Program-made: the position numbers and the translations under genes | In this document: piece after piece, positions 47,201-55,720 of the stretch | Layout: each line of letters begins with the position of its first letter | Numbering within the stretch: position 1 is the stretch's first letter | Notes under the pieces: model-generated | Database searches by the model: none | The model's input: the letters and a program-made list of their open reading frames with translations, nothing else | Told to the model about the DNA's origin: nothing | Source of the DNA: Fidelibacterota bacterium | Lineage (GTDB): Bacteria; Fidelibacterota; Marinisomatia; Marinisomatales; Marinisomataceae | DNA: 64,000 nucleotides | Assembly (NCBI GenBank): GCA_965212055.1 | Contig: OZ243041.1 | Location: 288,001 to 352,000, forward strand | Direction of reading: 5' to 3'

Positions 47201-47508
47201 ATGTTATTGTTTCTATTAATACAAAGATAGACGATAATCTAAAAACAGAAGGGTTGGTAAGAGAAGTTATTAGACATATCCAAATCATGAGAAAAGAAGC
47301 AAACTTTGATGTTGATGATAGAATTATACTATCTAATAATTTTTCCGATGATATAGTTAACGCTATTGAAAAACATAAACAATATTTTATGAATGAAATA
47401 TTATGTACAGATATTGTGGACAAATTGGAAAATAGTGATTATAATTCCGTTTTTAGTTATGAAAAGAACAATTTTAGTATTTTCATAAAAAAACAAGAGA
47501 ATAAATAA
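44221..47508 (+). CDS. ileS: Isoleucine-tRNA ligase, type 2-like
   Basis: WTTTPWTL editing motif, YPHCWR, NWYIRRNRRRFW, long C-terminus; signatures GVHH and EMHKT. Confidence 0.95.
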   Translation: MGIKKENPKADFISIEHDILNFWEKNDIFQKLIKQNSKGKKWSFLDGPITANNPMGVHHAWGRTLKDVYQRYKAMNGYQLRYQNGFDCQGLWVEVEVEKELGIKSKKEVEDLGIEKFVNLCKERVQKYSKIQTDQSKRLGYWMDWDNSYYTMSDDNNYAIWSFLKKLFEEDKIYRGTDVVPWSGRSGTSYSQMEIIEGRKLTVHKGVFVKFPLKDHKNENLLIWTTTPWTLSSNIAVAINTKLNYAKIALPDGSIYYVAENNLKFQRLAKEFSEKKNWVKGTPKLKTLDQIFKERGGYEVIEVLKGKDMLGWNYEGPYDYLDAQNNNGGYPNINVELEKKEVNAVQCHVIVDGGKDSEGNDMVVEGEGTGIVHMAGGCGSIDSKICKKNNFVEISPIDNQANFVEGFDFLSGLNATDEKTSEKILQDLKKRDLLLYAEDYPHVYPHCWRSGDELVFKQVNEWYINMDWRDRIKNVVDEINWLPEWGSDSEHNWLDNMGDWMISKKRFWGLALPIWTFEDGSFYVVGSKEELEKLAVEGWDKFEGKSPHRPWIDHVKIKHPETGLVGSRIEDVGNPWLDAGIVPFSTLGYFENNEYWKEWFPADFITECFPGQFRNWFYSLLAMSSFLENKAPFKTLLGHALVKDEDGKEMHKTAGNAIWFDDAAEKMGVDVMRWMYIRQNVENNLLFGYGKADDVRKRLISFWNIYSFFCTYASVDKFKPDAQKINPKDYALLDKWIIAKVNLLIKESSIHYDRFEADKLLKKVELFIDDLSNWYIRRNRRRFWKSENDKDKFVAYQTLYEVLLSVIKILSPILPFVTEHMYKNISKEKFESVHLSPYPDSDEKKIDLELLKKVDVLKKVMEGGRAARKKANVKVRQPLSEIKIYENDSNIAEFIMNQKEIILDELNIKKVTITDQVEMMGSFTIKPNFRTLSSKFGEDMQEIVKIVSTMDEYSTIKKYLHNEKLFSEDFDIINEDVVIQIKGGKDEEAFFSHNVIVSINTKIDDNLKTEGLVREVIRHIQIMRKEANFDVDDRIILSNNFSDDIVNAIEKHKQYFMNEILCTDIVDKLENSDYNSVFSYEKNNFSIFIKKQENK

Positions 47509-47509
47509 A

Positions 47510-47920
47510 TTGAAAAAGAAAAAATATCCAAAAACTAAACTTGCAATGTTTAGAAAAAATATTCTTCTAAAAATAGAAGAAGTTAATGATAACATTAAAG
47601 GTATACGTTCAACTACCTCAAATGATTCTTCAATGTTTTCAGATAATGCTTCAGAAGATCATAATGAAGGCACAGAAGCTCACGAGGTAGAAAAAAGTTT
47701 CTTGTTAATGTCTCGTGAGTCTGATTACGTGACAAATCTACAAAAAGCACTTCATAGAATTGATACTGGTACCTATGGTATCTGTGAAGTTTATCAAGAT
47801 GATCCAGAAAAGTGTGAATGTCCCGATTCTCCCCTAATCCCTGAAGAAAGATTATTCGAAGTTCCAAATGCTACTAAAGGTGTTTTCTGTAAAGAGAAAA
47901 AGAAACTGAATTTATTATGA
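47510..47920 (+). CDS. TraR/DksA family protein
   Basis: ALHRIDTGTYGIC, IPEERL..VP; ileS-dksA-lspA order; TTG start. Confidence 0.85.
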   Translation: MKKKKYPKTKLAMFRKNILLKIEEVNDNIKGIRSTTSNDSSMFSDNASEDHNEGTEAHEVEKSFLLMSRESDYVTNLQKALHRIDTGTYGICEVYQDDPEKCECPDSPLIPEERLFEVPNATKGVFCKEKKKLNLL

Positions 47921-48372
47921 GATTTCTCTTAATCTGCTTCATTGTATTGATTGATCAGATTTCAAAAAATTATATCTATCAAAACAAAGTTCAATACGAT
48001 AATATAGTTTCAGTTATTGAAGGGATACTGAATTTTACATATGTTGAAAACACAGGAATTGCATTTGGTATTTTTTCTGATTTTGATGGATTAAAAGTAG
48101 TCTTTATTGTAGTTCCTATACTAATTACACTATATTTATTTTCACTATTGAACAATAAGGAGTTTCAGAATCCTTTTTCACATATTTCTTTGCTTCTAAT
48201 AATTAGTGGAGCTATAGGGAACATTATCGATAGAATTTTCAGGGGGCATGTAATTGATTTCATGCAATTTGATATCGATATTTTCCCGTATATATTCAAT
48301 ATTGCAGATTCTTCAGTAACAATAGGATTGTTATTGTTGCTTTATAGCTCTATAATTGTTCAAAGGCGATAA
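47917..48372 (+). CDS. lspA: Lipoprotein signal peptidase
   Basis: DQISK, NTGIAFG, GAIGNIIDR, VIDF, FNIAD. Confidence 0.97.
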   Translation: MRFLLICFIVLIDQISKNYIYQNKVQYDNIVSVIEGILNFTYVENTGIAFGIFSDFDGLKVVFIVVPILITLYLFSLLNNKEFQNPFSHISLLLIISGAIGNIIDRIFRGHVIDFMQFDIDIFPYIFNIADSSVTIGLLLLLYSSIIVQRR

Positions 48373-48375
48373 TTT

Positions 48376-49344
48376 ATGAAAATAGCGGTTTCTTCTTCAG
48401 ATGAGCTTACTAGAGTAGATCTTTTTTTATCTCAAAGATTAATAAAGTTTTCTCGCACTAATATTCAAAAAATGATTTCTAATCAATCAATTAAAGTCAA
48501 TGGTGAATGGATTAAGAAGAATGCATCTCTTAATTATGGAGATATCATAGAAATTGATTTAACTAATAAAAAAAATTTAGAAGAAACGCTATTAGAGAAA
48601 TGGAAATATCCATTAGATGTTTTGTATAAAGATAAAGATTTTGCAATTGTTAATAAACCACGTGGTATTATTGTTCACCCTGCTAAAGGAAATTATAATA
48701 AAACTCTTGTCAATATTGTTTTAGATACATTTGAACAAGATTTTGAAAGTTCTGTTGATCCTTTACGACCAGGAATTGTCCATAGATTAGATAAAGATAC
48801 TACTGGAGTGATGATTATACCATTCAGTGAATACTCACATTGGAAAATTGCTGAACAATTCCAAAATAGAACAATACAAAAAGAATATATAGCTATTACA
48901 TGGGGTTTATGGAATAAGAATGAAGGAGTCATAGATAATTTCCTTAATCGTAATAAAAAAAATCCGATAAAATTTGAAGTATCAAATACTGGAAAAAATG
49001 CAGTGTCTGGATTTAAGCTAATAAAAAGTGGAAGGTATTTATCAGCAGTAAGATTTTTTCCTAAAACAGGAAGAACTCACCAAATTAGAGCACATTGTAA
49101 AGAATTTGGATACCCAATATTTGGAGATGATTTATATAATGGTGGAATTCAAAAATCTAAAGAGTATTCTAAGGATATTCAATTACAACTGAACAATTAT
49201 TACTCTATGATTGAAGGATTCTGTCTCCATGCTTACTCAATTGAGTTTAATCACCCTTCAACGAATGAAAGAGTACAGTTTAAGATTGATCCAGATAAAA
49301 ACTTTCAAACAATATATCAAGACATATTAGATGAAAAAATTTGA
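48376..49344 (+). CDS. rluD: RluA/RluD family pseudouridine synthase
   Basis: S4 domain, NKPRG, RPGIVHRLDKDTTG, GRTHQIR. Confidence 0.9.
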   Translation: MKIAVSSSDELTRVDLFLSQRLIKFSRTNIQKMISNQSIKVNGEWIKKNASLNYGDIIEIDLTNKKNLEETLLEKWKYPLDVLYKDKDFAIVNKPRGIIVHPAKGNYNKTLVNIVLDTFEQDFESSVDPLRPGIVHRLDKDTTGVMIIPFSEYSHWKIAEQFQNRTIQKEYIAITWGLWNKNEGVIDNFLNRNKKNPIKFEVSNTGKNAVSGFKLIKSGRYLSAVRFFPKTGRTHQIRAHCKEFGYPIFGDDLYNGGIQKSKEYSKDIQLQLNNYYSMIEGFCLHAYSIEFNHPSTNERVQFKIDPDKNFQTIYQDILDEKI

Positions 49345-50246
49345 GAATAGTAAAAATGAATTTCTATTATTTTTAGAACTTGATAGAGGTTATTCAATTC
49401 AGACTATTAGTGCTTACAGAAGAGATATAGAATTATATCAGAATTTTGTTGAAGAAAACAAATTAAATTATTTGAAGGCAAAAAAAGAAATTATCTTTGA
49501 TTTCAATCAAGTTTACAAGATGTGGTTGGTCCAAGGTCATTTGCTAGGATTTTATCAGCGCTTAGAACATTTTATAAATTTCTGCATATGGAAAATTTGG
49601 TTAATGATATAATTCTTAACGAAATTAAATCATATCCTTCTCCTAAATACAAGAAAAGTATCCCAACTTTTTTGTCAAAAAATCAAATTGAAGAAATCCT
49701 TAAAAAAATTGATTCAGATGCAAAAGAAAATGATTCTATAAAGGCAAGAAATAAAGCTTTAATAATGCTTTTTTTTACTTCAGGATTACGACTTGATGAA
49801 CTCAATTCAATAAAATACGAGATATTGATTTTTCCAATCATGTTTTAAAGGTTGTTGGGAAGGGAAATAAGGAAAGAATGGCTAGTTTTGATGATTACAC
49901 TAAAGATTTGATTATAAAATATCTAACGTCTTTCAAAAAATATCCTTTGGTAAAAAAAGCATATGATGATAATTTATTCGTTCATAAAAATAATAAGGCC
50001 CTATCGAGATATAATATCCAAGCTATTGTAATGAAAAATTTAAAAAAATTAACTTTGAATACGTATGGTCCTCATGCTTTGAGACATTCATTTGCGACTC
50101 ATTTATTAAACAATGGTGTGGGATTGAATGCTATTAAGTCTTTACTTGGGCATGAAAGTCTATCTTCAACGCAAATTTATACTCATGTTGGTGTTAGTAA
50201 ATTGAAAGAAACAATTAAGAAATCACATCCAAGAGGCGAAAAATAA
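49331..50246 (+). pseudogene. XerC/XerD tyrosine recombinase split by two single-base deletions (error or pseudogene)
   Basis: Adding one base near 49507 and one A at 49812-49815 gives a 305-aa ORF with GLRLDEL, GKGNKER, HALRHSFATH, LGH and TQIYTH. Confidence 0.85.
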
Positions 50247-51847
50247 TGCTGAGTTATCTTAACATTAAAAATGCTAATTATATTAGAAATGCTTCTGTTG
50301 ATATGCTAATCGATAATGCAGTGGAATCAAATGAAGGAGTTATTGGTCATAATGGTGCATTGATGGTGGATACTGGAGAATTTTCTGGAAGAATTCCAAA
50401 AGATAAATTTATTGTTGAAGAAGATTTTTCATCCAATAATATATGGTGGGGAGATATTAATCACCCAATTTCAGAAGAAAATTTTAATCATTTATATAAT
50501 AAAGTAATTGAGACATACAATAATCTAGATAAAGATTTTTATGTTTTTGATGGGTTTGCAGGGGACGATAAAAAGAATAGCATCAATGTTAGAATGGTAA
50601 CAAAGAAAGCATGGCAATCATTGTTCGTGAATAATATGTTTATTAGACCAGAACAATCAGATTTAGAAGATTTTACACCTGATTTTACTATTATTAATGC
50701 ATTTGATGTCAAAGAGAAAGATTGGAAAGAATTTGGACTTAATTCAGAAAATTTTATTGTATTCAACCTGAAAAGAAAAATAGCAATTATAGGTGGTACA
50801 GAATATGCTGGTGAAATGAAAAAAGGGATTTTTTCTATTATGCACTATTATTTGCCGCTTAAGAATGTCTTATCTATGCATTGTTCTGCAAATGTTTCAA
50901 AAGATTTAACTGAATCAGCATTATTTTTTGGTTTATCCGGTACAGGGAAAACAACCTTAAGTACTAACGCAAACCGTCCATTAATTGGTGATGATGAACA
51001 TGGTTGGTCTGATGATGGAATCTTTAATTTTGAAGGAGGTTGTTATGCAAAAGCAATCAATTTGGATAAAGAAAAAGAACCAGAAATCTATAATGCTATT
51101 AGACATGGATCATTGTTAGAAAATGTTGTGTATGATTTAGAAACAAAGGAAGTTGATTTTGACAATAATGCTAAGAGTGAAAATTCCAGAATTTGTTATC
51201 CAATTAATTTTATAGAAAATTCTTTAGGATCAAAAGGTTTACCAAGTGCAGGACCACATCCTAATGCCGTGATATTTTTAACTTGCGATGCCTATGGTAT
51301 TATGCCACCAGTCGCTAGACTTGATGCACATCAAGCAATGTATCACTTTATAAGTGGATATACAGCTAAAATGGCAGGAACTGAGACAGGGGTAGTTGAT
51401 CCCGTAGCAGCTTTCTCACCATGTTATGGTGGTCCATTTTTAACTCTACACCCATTGGTGTATGCAAAATTATTGCAAGAAAAATTAGCAAAGCATCAAG
51501 CTCCAATATATTTAGTTAATACCGGCTGGTCTGGATCAAGTGCAATTTCAGGTTCCAAGAGAATTGATTTGAATCTCACAAAGCATATTATTGATTTAAT
51601 TACAGATGGCAAGTTAAACTTTAGCGATTCGGCAAGAGACAAATTCTTTAATCTTGATATTCCTTTGAATTTAGAAGGATTAGATAATGATTTCTTAGTA
51701 CCTGATAGAGGTTGGGATAACTTAGATGAATATTATAAGACTGGTAATATGCTTACTGAATTATTTAATGAAAATTTTAAAAAGTTTGATATCTCAGATT
51801 CTGATATTTTAAATGCGGGTCCAAAAATTCAATCAGGAGGAATATAA
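50246..51847 (+). CDS. pckA: PEP carboxykinase (ATP)
   Basis: YAGEMKKGIF, MHCSAN, GLSGTGKTTLS, IGDDEH, NFEGGCYAK. Confidence 0.97.
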   Translation: MLSYLNIKNANYIRNASVDMLIDNAVESNEGVIGHNGALMVDTGEFSGRIPKDKFIVEEDFSSNNIWWGDINHPISEENFNHLYNKVIETYNNLDKDFYVFDGFAGDDKKNSINVRMVTKKAWQSLFVNNMFIRPEQSDLEDFTPDFTIINAFDVKEKDWKEFGLNSENFIVFNLKRKIAIIGGTEYAGEMKKGIFSIMHYYLPLKNVLSMHCSANVSKDLTESALFFGLSGTGKTTLSTNANRPLIGDDEHGWSDDGIFNFEGGCYAKAINLDKEKEPEIYNAIRHGSLLENVVYDLETKEVDFDNNAKSENSRICYPINFIENSLGSKGLPSAGPHPNAVIFLTCDAYGIMPPVARLDAHQAMYHFISGYTAKMAGTETGVVDPVAAFSPCYGGPFLTLHPLVYAKLLQEKLAKHQAPIYLVNTGWSGSSAISGSKRIDLNLTKHIIDLITDGKLNFSDSARDKFFNLDIPLNLEGLDNDFLVPDRGWDNLDEYYKTGNMLTELFNENFKKFDISDSDILNAGPKIQSGGI

Positions 51848-51849
51848 AT

Positions 51850-52335
51850 ATGGCAACTTTGATTTTGCGAGATACACATCGCGTATTGGAAGAGGAAATA
51901 AAATCTCTTAATAAAGAGAAGAGAGAGACTTCAGTAAGAATTAGAGAAGCAGCTGATCAAGGAGATCTTAAGGAAAATGCGGAATACCACGCTGCTAGGG
52001 AGCATCAGAGTTTACTAGTATATAAAATACAATCGATGCAGTCCCATGCGCCATTCAAGATTATCGGGAATAGTGAAATTACAACTGATGAAGTAGGATT
52101 TGGCAATAAGGTTACAATCCATGAAGAAGGCAAAGATGAGGCCGAAGACTATTACCTATTAGGTCCTATCGAATCTGAGTTAGATATTTATCCATTGATT
52201 GTAACTTACAAAACACCTTTTGCCCAAGCTATGATTGGGAAAAAGATTGGTGAAAATTTTACACTTGAAATACAGGGTAAAGAGATAAAATTTACAATCA
52301 CTGCAATTGAAAAGATTTCTGCAGACGAGATGTAG
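51850..52335 (+). CDS. greA: Transcription elongation factor GreA/GreB family
   Basis: GDLKENAEYHAA; strong SD AGGAGG. Confidence 0.9.
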   Translation: MATLILRDTHRVLEEEIKSLNKEKRETSVRIREAADQGDLKENAEYHAAREHQSLLVYKIQSMQSHAPFKIIGNSEITTDEVGFGNKVTIHEEGKDEAEDYYLLGPIESELDIYPLIVTYKTPFAQAMIGKKIGENFTLEIQGKEIKFTITAIEKISADEM

Positions 52336-52351
52336 TATTTGAAGATTAATA

Positions 52352-53305
52352 ATGGTTATTCTTAATAAAGAACAAATCAATAAATTGGTTACTATGAATG
52401 AAGCCATTGTAGCAATGAAAACTGCTTTCGTTCAATTAAGCAACAAAGAAGCAATAGTCCCAGAACGATTGAGCACAGATATTCCAGGTAACAATGCCAC
52501 ATCATTGGTGATGCCGGCTTATTCGTTGGATAGTCCATATTATGTAGTAAAAATAGTGTCGGTAAATTATTCAAATCCTCAAAAAGGATTACCATTAATT
52601 CATTCATCAGTTCAGGTTTTTGATGTTTCTAAAGGGAATATAGTAGCAACTCTGGATGGAGAGTCCATTACTGCCATCCGGACTGGTGCAGCATCCGGTT
52701 TGGCAACTGATATATTGGCAAAAAAAGATGCAAAAGTCGGTGCAATTTTTGGTACAGGTATCCAAGCAAAATCACAAGTTGAAGCCCTTTCGGTTGTGAA
52801 AAATCTGGAAAAGATTTTGGTTTTCAGTCGCACTAAGGAATCAGCTGAATCATTTTGCAATTTCATTTATGATAAATTTGGTATTAAAGCCAATATTGGA
52901 GAAAAAGATTTATTAAAAGAAGCAGATGTCATCTGTACGGCTACACCATCAGAAAAACCTTTATTTAACCATCAGGATCTTAATCCGGGAGTTCATATTA
53001 ATGCCATTGGTTCTTTTAAGCCTCATATGCAAGAAATTGGCATTGAAACAGTTATTAATTCAAAAGTAATCGTGGACAATAGAGAAACATGCAAGGTAGA
53101 AGCTGGTGATCTTATTATTCCAGCAGAAGAAGGGAAATGGTCTTTTAATTTGATTCATGGTGAATTGGGACAAGTTGTTTTGGGAGAAATCCCTGGAAGA
53201 GATACGGATGATGAGATTACATTATTTAAATCTGTGGGAAATGCTATTCAAGATTTAGCGTTAGCAAACCTGATTATGAAAAAAATAAATCATGATAGCA
53301 ATTAA
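52352..53305 (+). CDS. Ornithine cyclodeaminase/mu-crystallin family; probable Delta1-pyrroline-2-carboxylate reductase
   Basis: TAIRTGAASG, GTGIQA, HINAIGS, FKSVGNAIQD; overlaps a proline racemase-family gene. Confidence 0.85.
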   Translation: MVILNKEQINKLVTMNEAIVAMKTAFVQLSNKEAIVPERLSTDIPGNNATSLVMPAYSLDSPYYVVKIVSVNYSNPQKGLPLIHSSVQVFDVSKGNIVATLDGESITAIRTGAASGLATDILAKKDAKVGAIFGTGIQAKSQVEALSVVKNLEKILVFSRTKESAESFCNFIYDKFGIKANIGEKDLLKEADVICTATPSEKPLFNHQDLNPGVHINAIGSFKPHMQEIGIETVINSKVIVDNRETCKVEAGDLIIPAEEGKWSFNLIHGELGQVVLGEIPGRDTDDEITLFKSVGNAIQDLALANLIMKKINHDSN

Positions 53306-54335
53306 TAAACTTAAGAATTGGAATCCGCCTGATGGATGGATAGAGATTCAAACTATTGATTCGCATACAGAGGGGGAACCACTCCGAATTATTTTATCTG
53401 GGTACCCAGCATTGAAAGGTAAAACACTTCTGGAAAAAAGAACCAATGCACATCGCCTTCATGATGAGTTACGAAAAACACTTATCTGGGAACCACGAGG
53501 GCATAGGGATATGTATGGTGCTATCATCGTTGAGCCGGACACACCCGATGCAGATTTTGGTGTAATTTTTATTCATAATGAAGGATACTCCACAGGTTGT
53601 GGTCATGCCGTCATTGCATTGACAAAAGTTTTTGTGGAAACAGGATTAATTCCCATGAACGAACCAGAAACAGAAGTCAAAATGGACGTGCCATCTGGAT
53701 TCATTAAATCTTACGCAAAAGTTAAAAATGGACAGGTAACTGGAGTACGGTTTGAAAATGTCCCGTCTTTTGTTCAATCACTTGATACAAAAATTGATGT
53801 TCCAGGAATTGGAGAAATTAATTATGATCTTGCTTTCGGTGGTGCATTTTATGCATTTGTAGATGTTGCACAACTTGGTTTGGATTGCACATCGAAGTAC
53901 CAAAATCAGTTGATTGAGACTGGAATAAAAATAAAACATGCGGTCATGGATTCGGTTAAGATGGTTCATCCTTTAGAGCCTGATATGAATTTTCTTTATG
54001 GAACGATTTTTACTGGAGTATCGAAAAATCCAAATCATCACAGTCGAAATGTCTGTATTTTTGCGGAAGGAGAAGTAGATCGAAGTCCTACAGGAACTGG
54101 TGTCAGTGCTAGGGCAGCCATCCTCCATGCCAAAGACGAGATTAAGCTTGGCGAATCTATTATAATTGAAAGTATTATTGGTTCAACATTCTCGGTAAAA
54201 GTGGTTGAAACAACAACTTTCGGAAATTATGATGCTGTGATACCTGAAGTGAGCGGCAATGCTTACATAACTGGGAAAAATACATTTTGGATTAACCCAG
54301 AAGACCCATTAAAAAATGGATTTATTCTAAGATAA
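53292..54335 (+). CDS. Proline racemase family; probable trans-3-hydroxy-L-proline dehydratase
   Basis: HTEGEPLR, EPRGH, STGCGH (Cys) and DRSPTGTG (Thr in place of the second Cys). Confidence 0.85.
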   Translation: MIAINKLKNWNPPDGWIEIQTIDSHTEGEPLRIILSGYPALKGKTLLEKRTNAHRLHDELRKTLIWEPRGHRDMYGAIIVEPDTPDADFGVIFIHNEGYSTGCGHAVIALTKVFVETGLIPMNEPETEVKMDVPSGFIKSYAKVKNGQVTGVRFENVPSFVQSLDTKIDVPGIGEINYDLAFGGAFYAFVDVAQLGLDCTSKYQNQLIETGIKIKHAVMDSVKMVHPLEPDMNFLYGTIFTGVSKNPNHHSRNVCIFAEGEVDRSPTGTGVSARAAILHAKDEIKLGESIIIESIIGSTFSVKVVETTTFGNYDAVIPEVSGNAYITGKNTFWINPEDPLKNGFILR

Positions 54336-54345
54336 AGAGAGGTAA

Positions 54346-54764
54346 TACATCAATGATGCACTTAATCTTGCCAAGACACCTGTATTAATAGCCATGTTTG
54401 TCACACCAATTCGTTTTTTCCTTGAGCTGGCTGGATTACCCGAGAATGTTATTTTCATTATTGGACTACTCTGGCTTACTTTGGCATTTTCCGTTTACTG
54501 GGGAATAAAATTGTATAACGAAAAGCAACCATACCTACTACTCCTTTTAAGTTTAATTATATTTTCACCCGTTTCGAGATTTCCAGTTGTTGTTGTTTGG
54601 TGGATTGATACTAAATGGTCAATAGGAACTCATTATGGTCTTTATTTTGATAATTTACAGGCACTTTTAAATCACGTAGTTTACGGAATCGTTCAAATCA
54701 TCCCTGGGTTTTTATTTCAATAATGCTTGCTATTATGCGGTACAGAAAATCTGTAACGAAGTAA
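54346..54764 (+). pseudogene. Degenerate small membrane protein gene
   Basis: The 54394-54723 frame is open back to 54346 after GAGAGG but has no start codon there; a hydrophobic/basic tail (MLAIMRYRKSVTK*) continues in another frame to 54764. Confidence 0.5.
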
Positions 54765-54784
54765 CAATACTAAGAAGAAAAAGC

Positions 54785-55716
54785 TCATAACCCGATTGGA
54801 GCTTTATTGGTTCTAATGGGTTGAAAGACATTTTTTCCTTCAAATAATTTTGTTCCATTAACATAGCTATAATATTTTCTGCACTCGCAGGATAGATATT
54901 CAATATCAATAGGTTGAAATGCTCGTTTAGCCTCTGGCCAATATTCTTTTATTAGCAGGTAGTATCATTTTTATTTCATTCTTTTTGTAATGCAATCATT
55001 CGATCACATGTTTGTTGATGATTATTTAGGCCAAAATGTGTTTGAAGTCGATCTAGATAAGCCACAGCACCAATTCCTGTTGGAACATGGCTTGTTGGAT
55101 GGATAATATCTGGTCTAAACCAAGCCAAATCAATAACAGCCATAAAAATAGGAAAATCATTTTGCATTTTAAAAAGAGCATTAACCGAATTAGTAGCTTT
55201 GATTACATCTCCTTTAGCTTCTATGATAATTTTGGCTAACGATTCTTTAATATTTCCAAATAATGTTGTGGCTGCATCTAATCGTGAATATTCTGTCTCC
55301 TCCCAATGTATTGGTTCAACAGGATAAGCGGTAAGATTACACCAATGATCAAAAGAATTTAGTGTTTTAAGTAACGTTTCTGGTTGTAGCAACATATCTG
55401 AAGATAGTTCATCTAATGTTTCTTGTCTGTTACACCAACGACCAAAAAATAAAGCATGAATTAACATCGGTAAATCTTTTCCTAAGTCTTTAGCAAAGGA
55501 TAGAATAGCTTTGCTACCACGATCATCTTCTCGAAAGACATTTAAGAAGCGACCTTGTTGGAAAATAGGGTCATCTGTCCATGGAGAGGGAGCACCACTT
55601 TTCCTTGCTAGCCGAATTTTTTCTCGTTCACGGCAAAAATCAAAAAAAGCAGATACAGGATCGTTTAATATTAATCCATCAAGTGCTGTAGCGTAAGGAT
55701 TGTTCAATTTATTCAT
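54785..55716 (-). pseudogene. aGPT-Pplase1 / 5-hmdU DNA kinase helical-domain-like protein, interrupted by a 35-nt insertion
   Basis: N-terminal FF..C.ERE.IR..R..G...PWTDDPI....RF.NVFREDDRGS and, beyond the insertion, DIEYLSCECRKY; restored ORF is 298 aa. Confidence 0.75.
54943..54985. repeat. 8-bp direct repeat ATTCTTTT flanking a 27-nt insert
   Basis: Copies at 54943-54950 and 54978-54985. Confidence 0.88.
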
Positions 55717-55720
55717 TACC

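Noticed and set aside
49331..50246. Tyrosine recombinase as an integrase for the 52-56 kb islet
   Set aside because: Size and motifs fit housekeeping XerC/D, it is embedded in the rluD-pckA operon, and no att repeats were found
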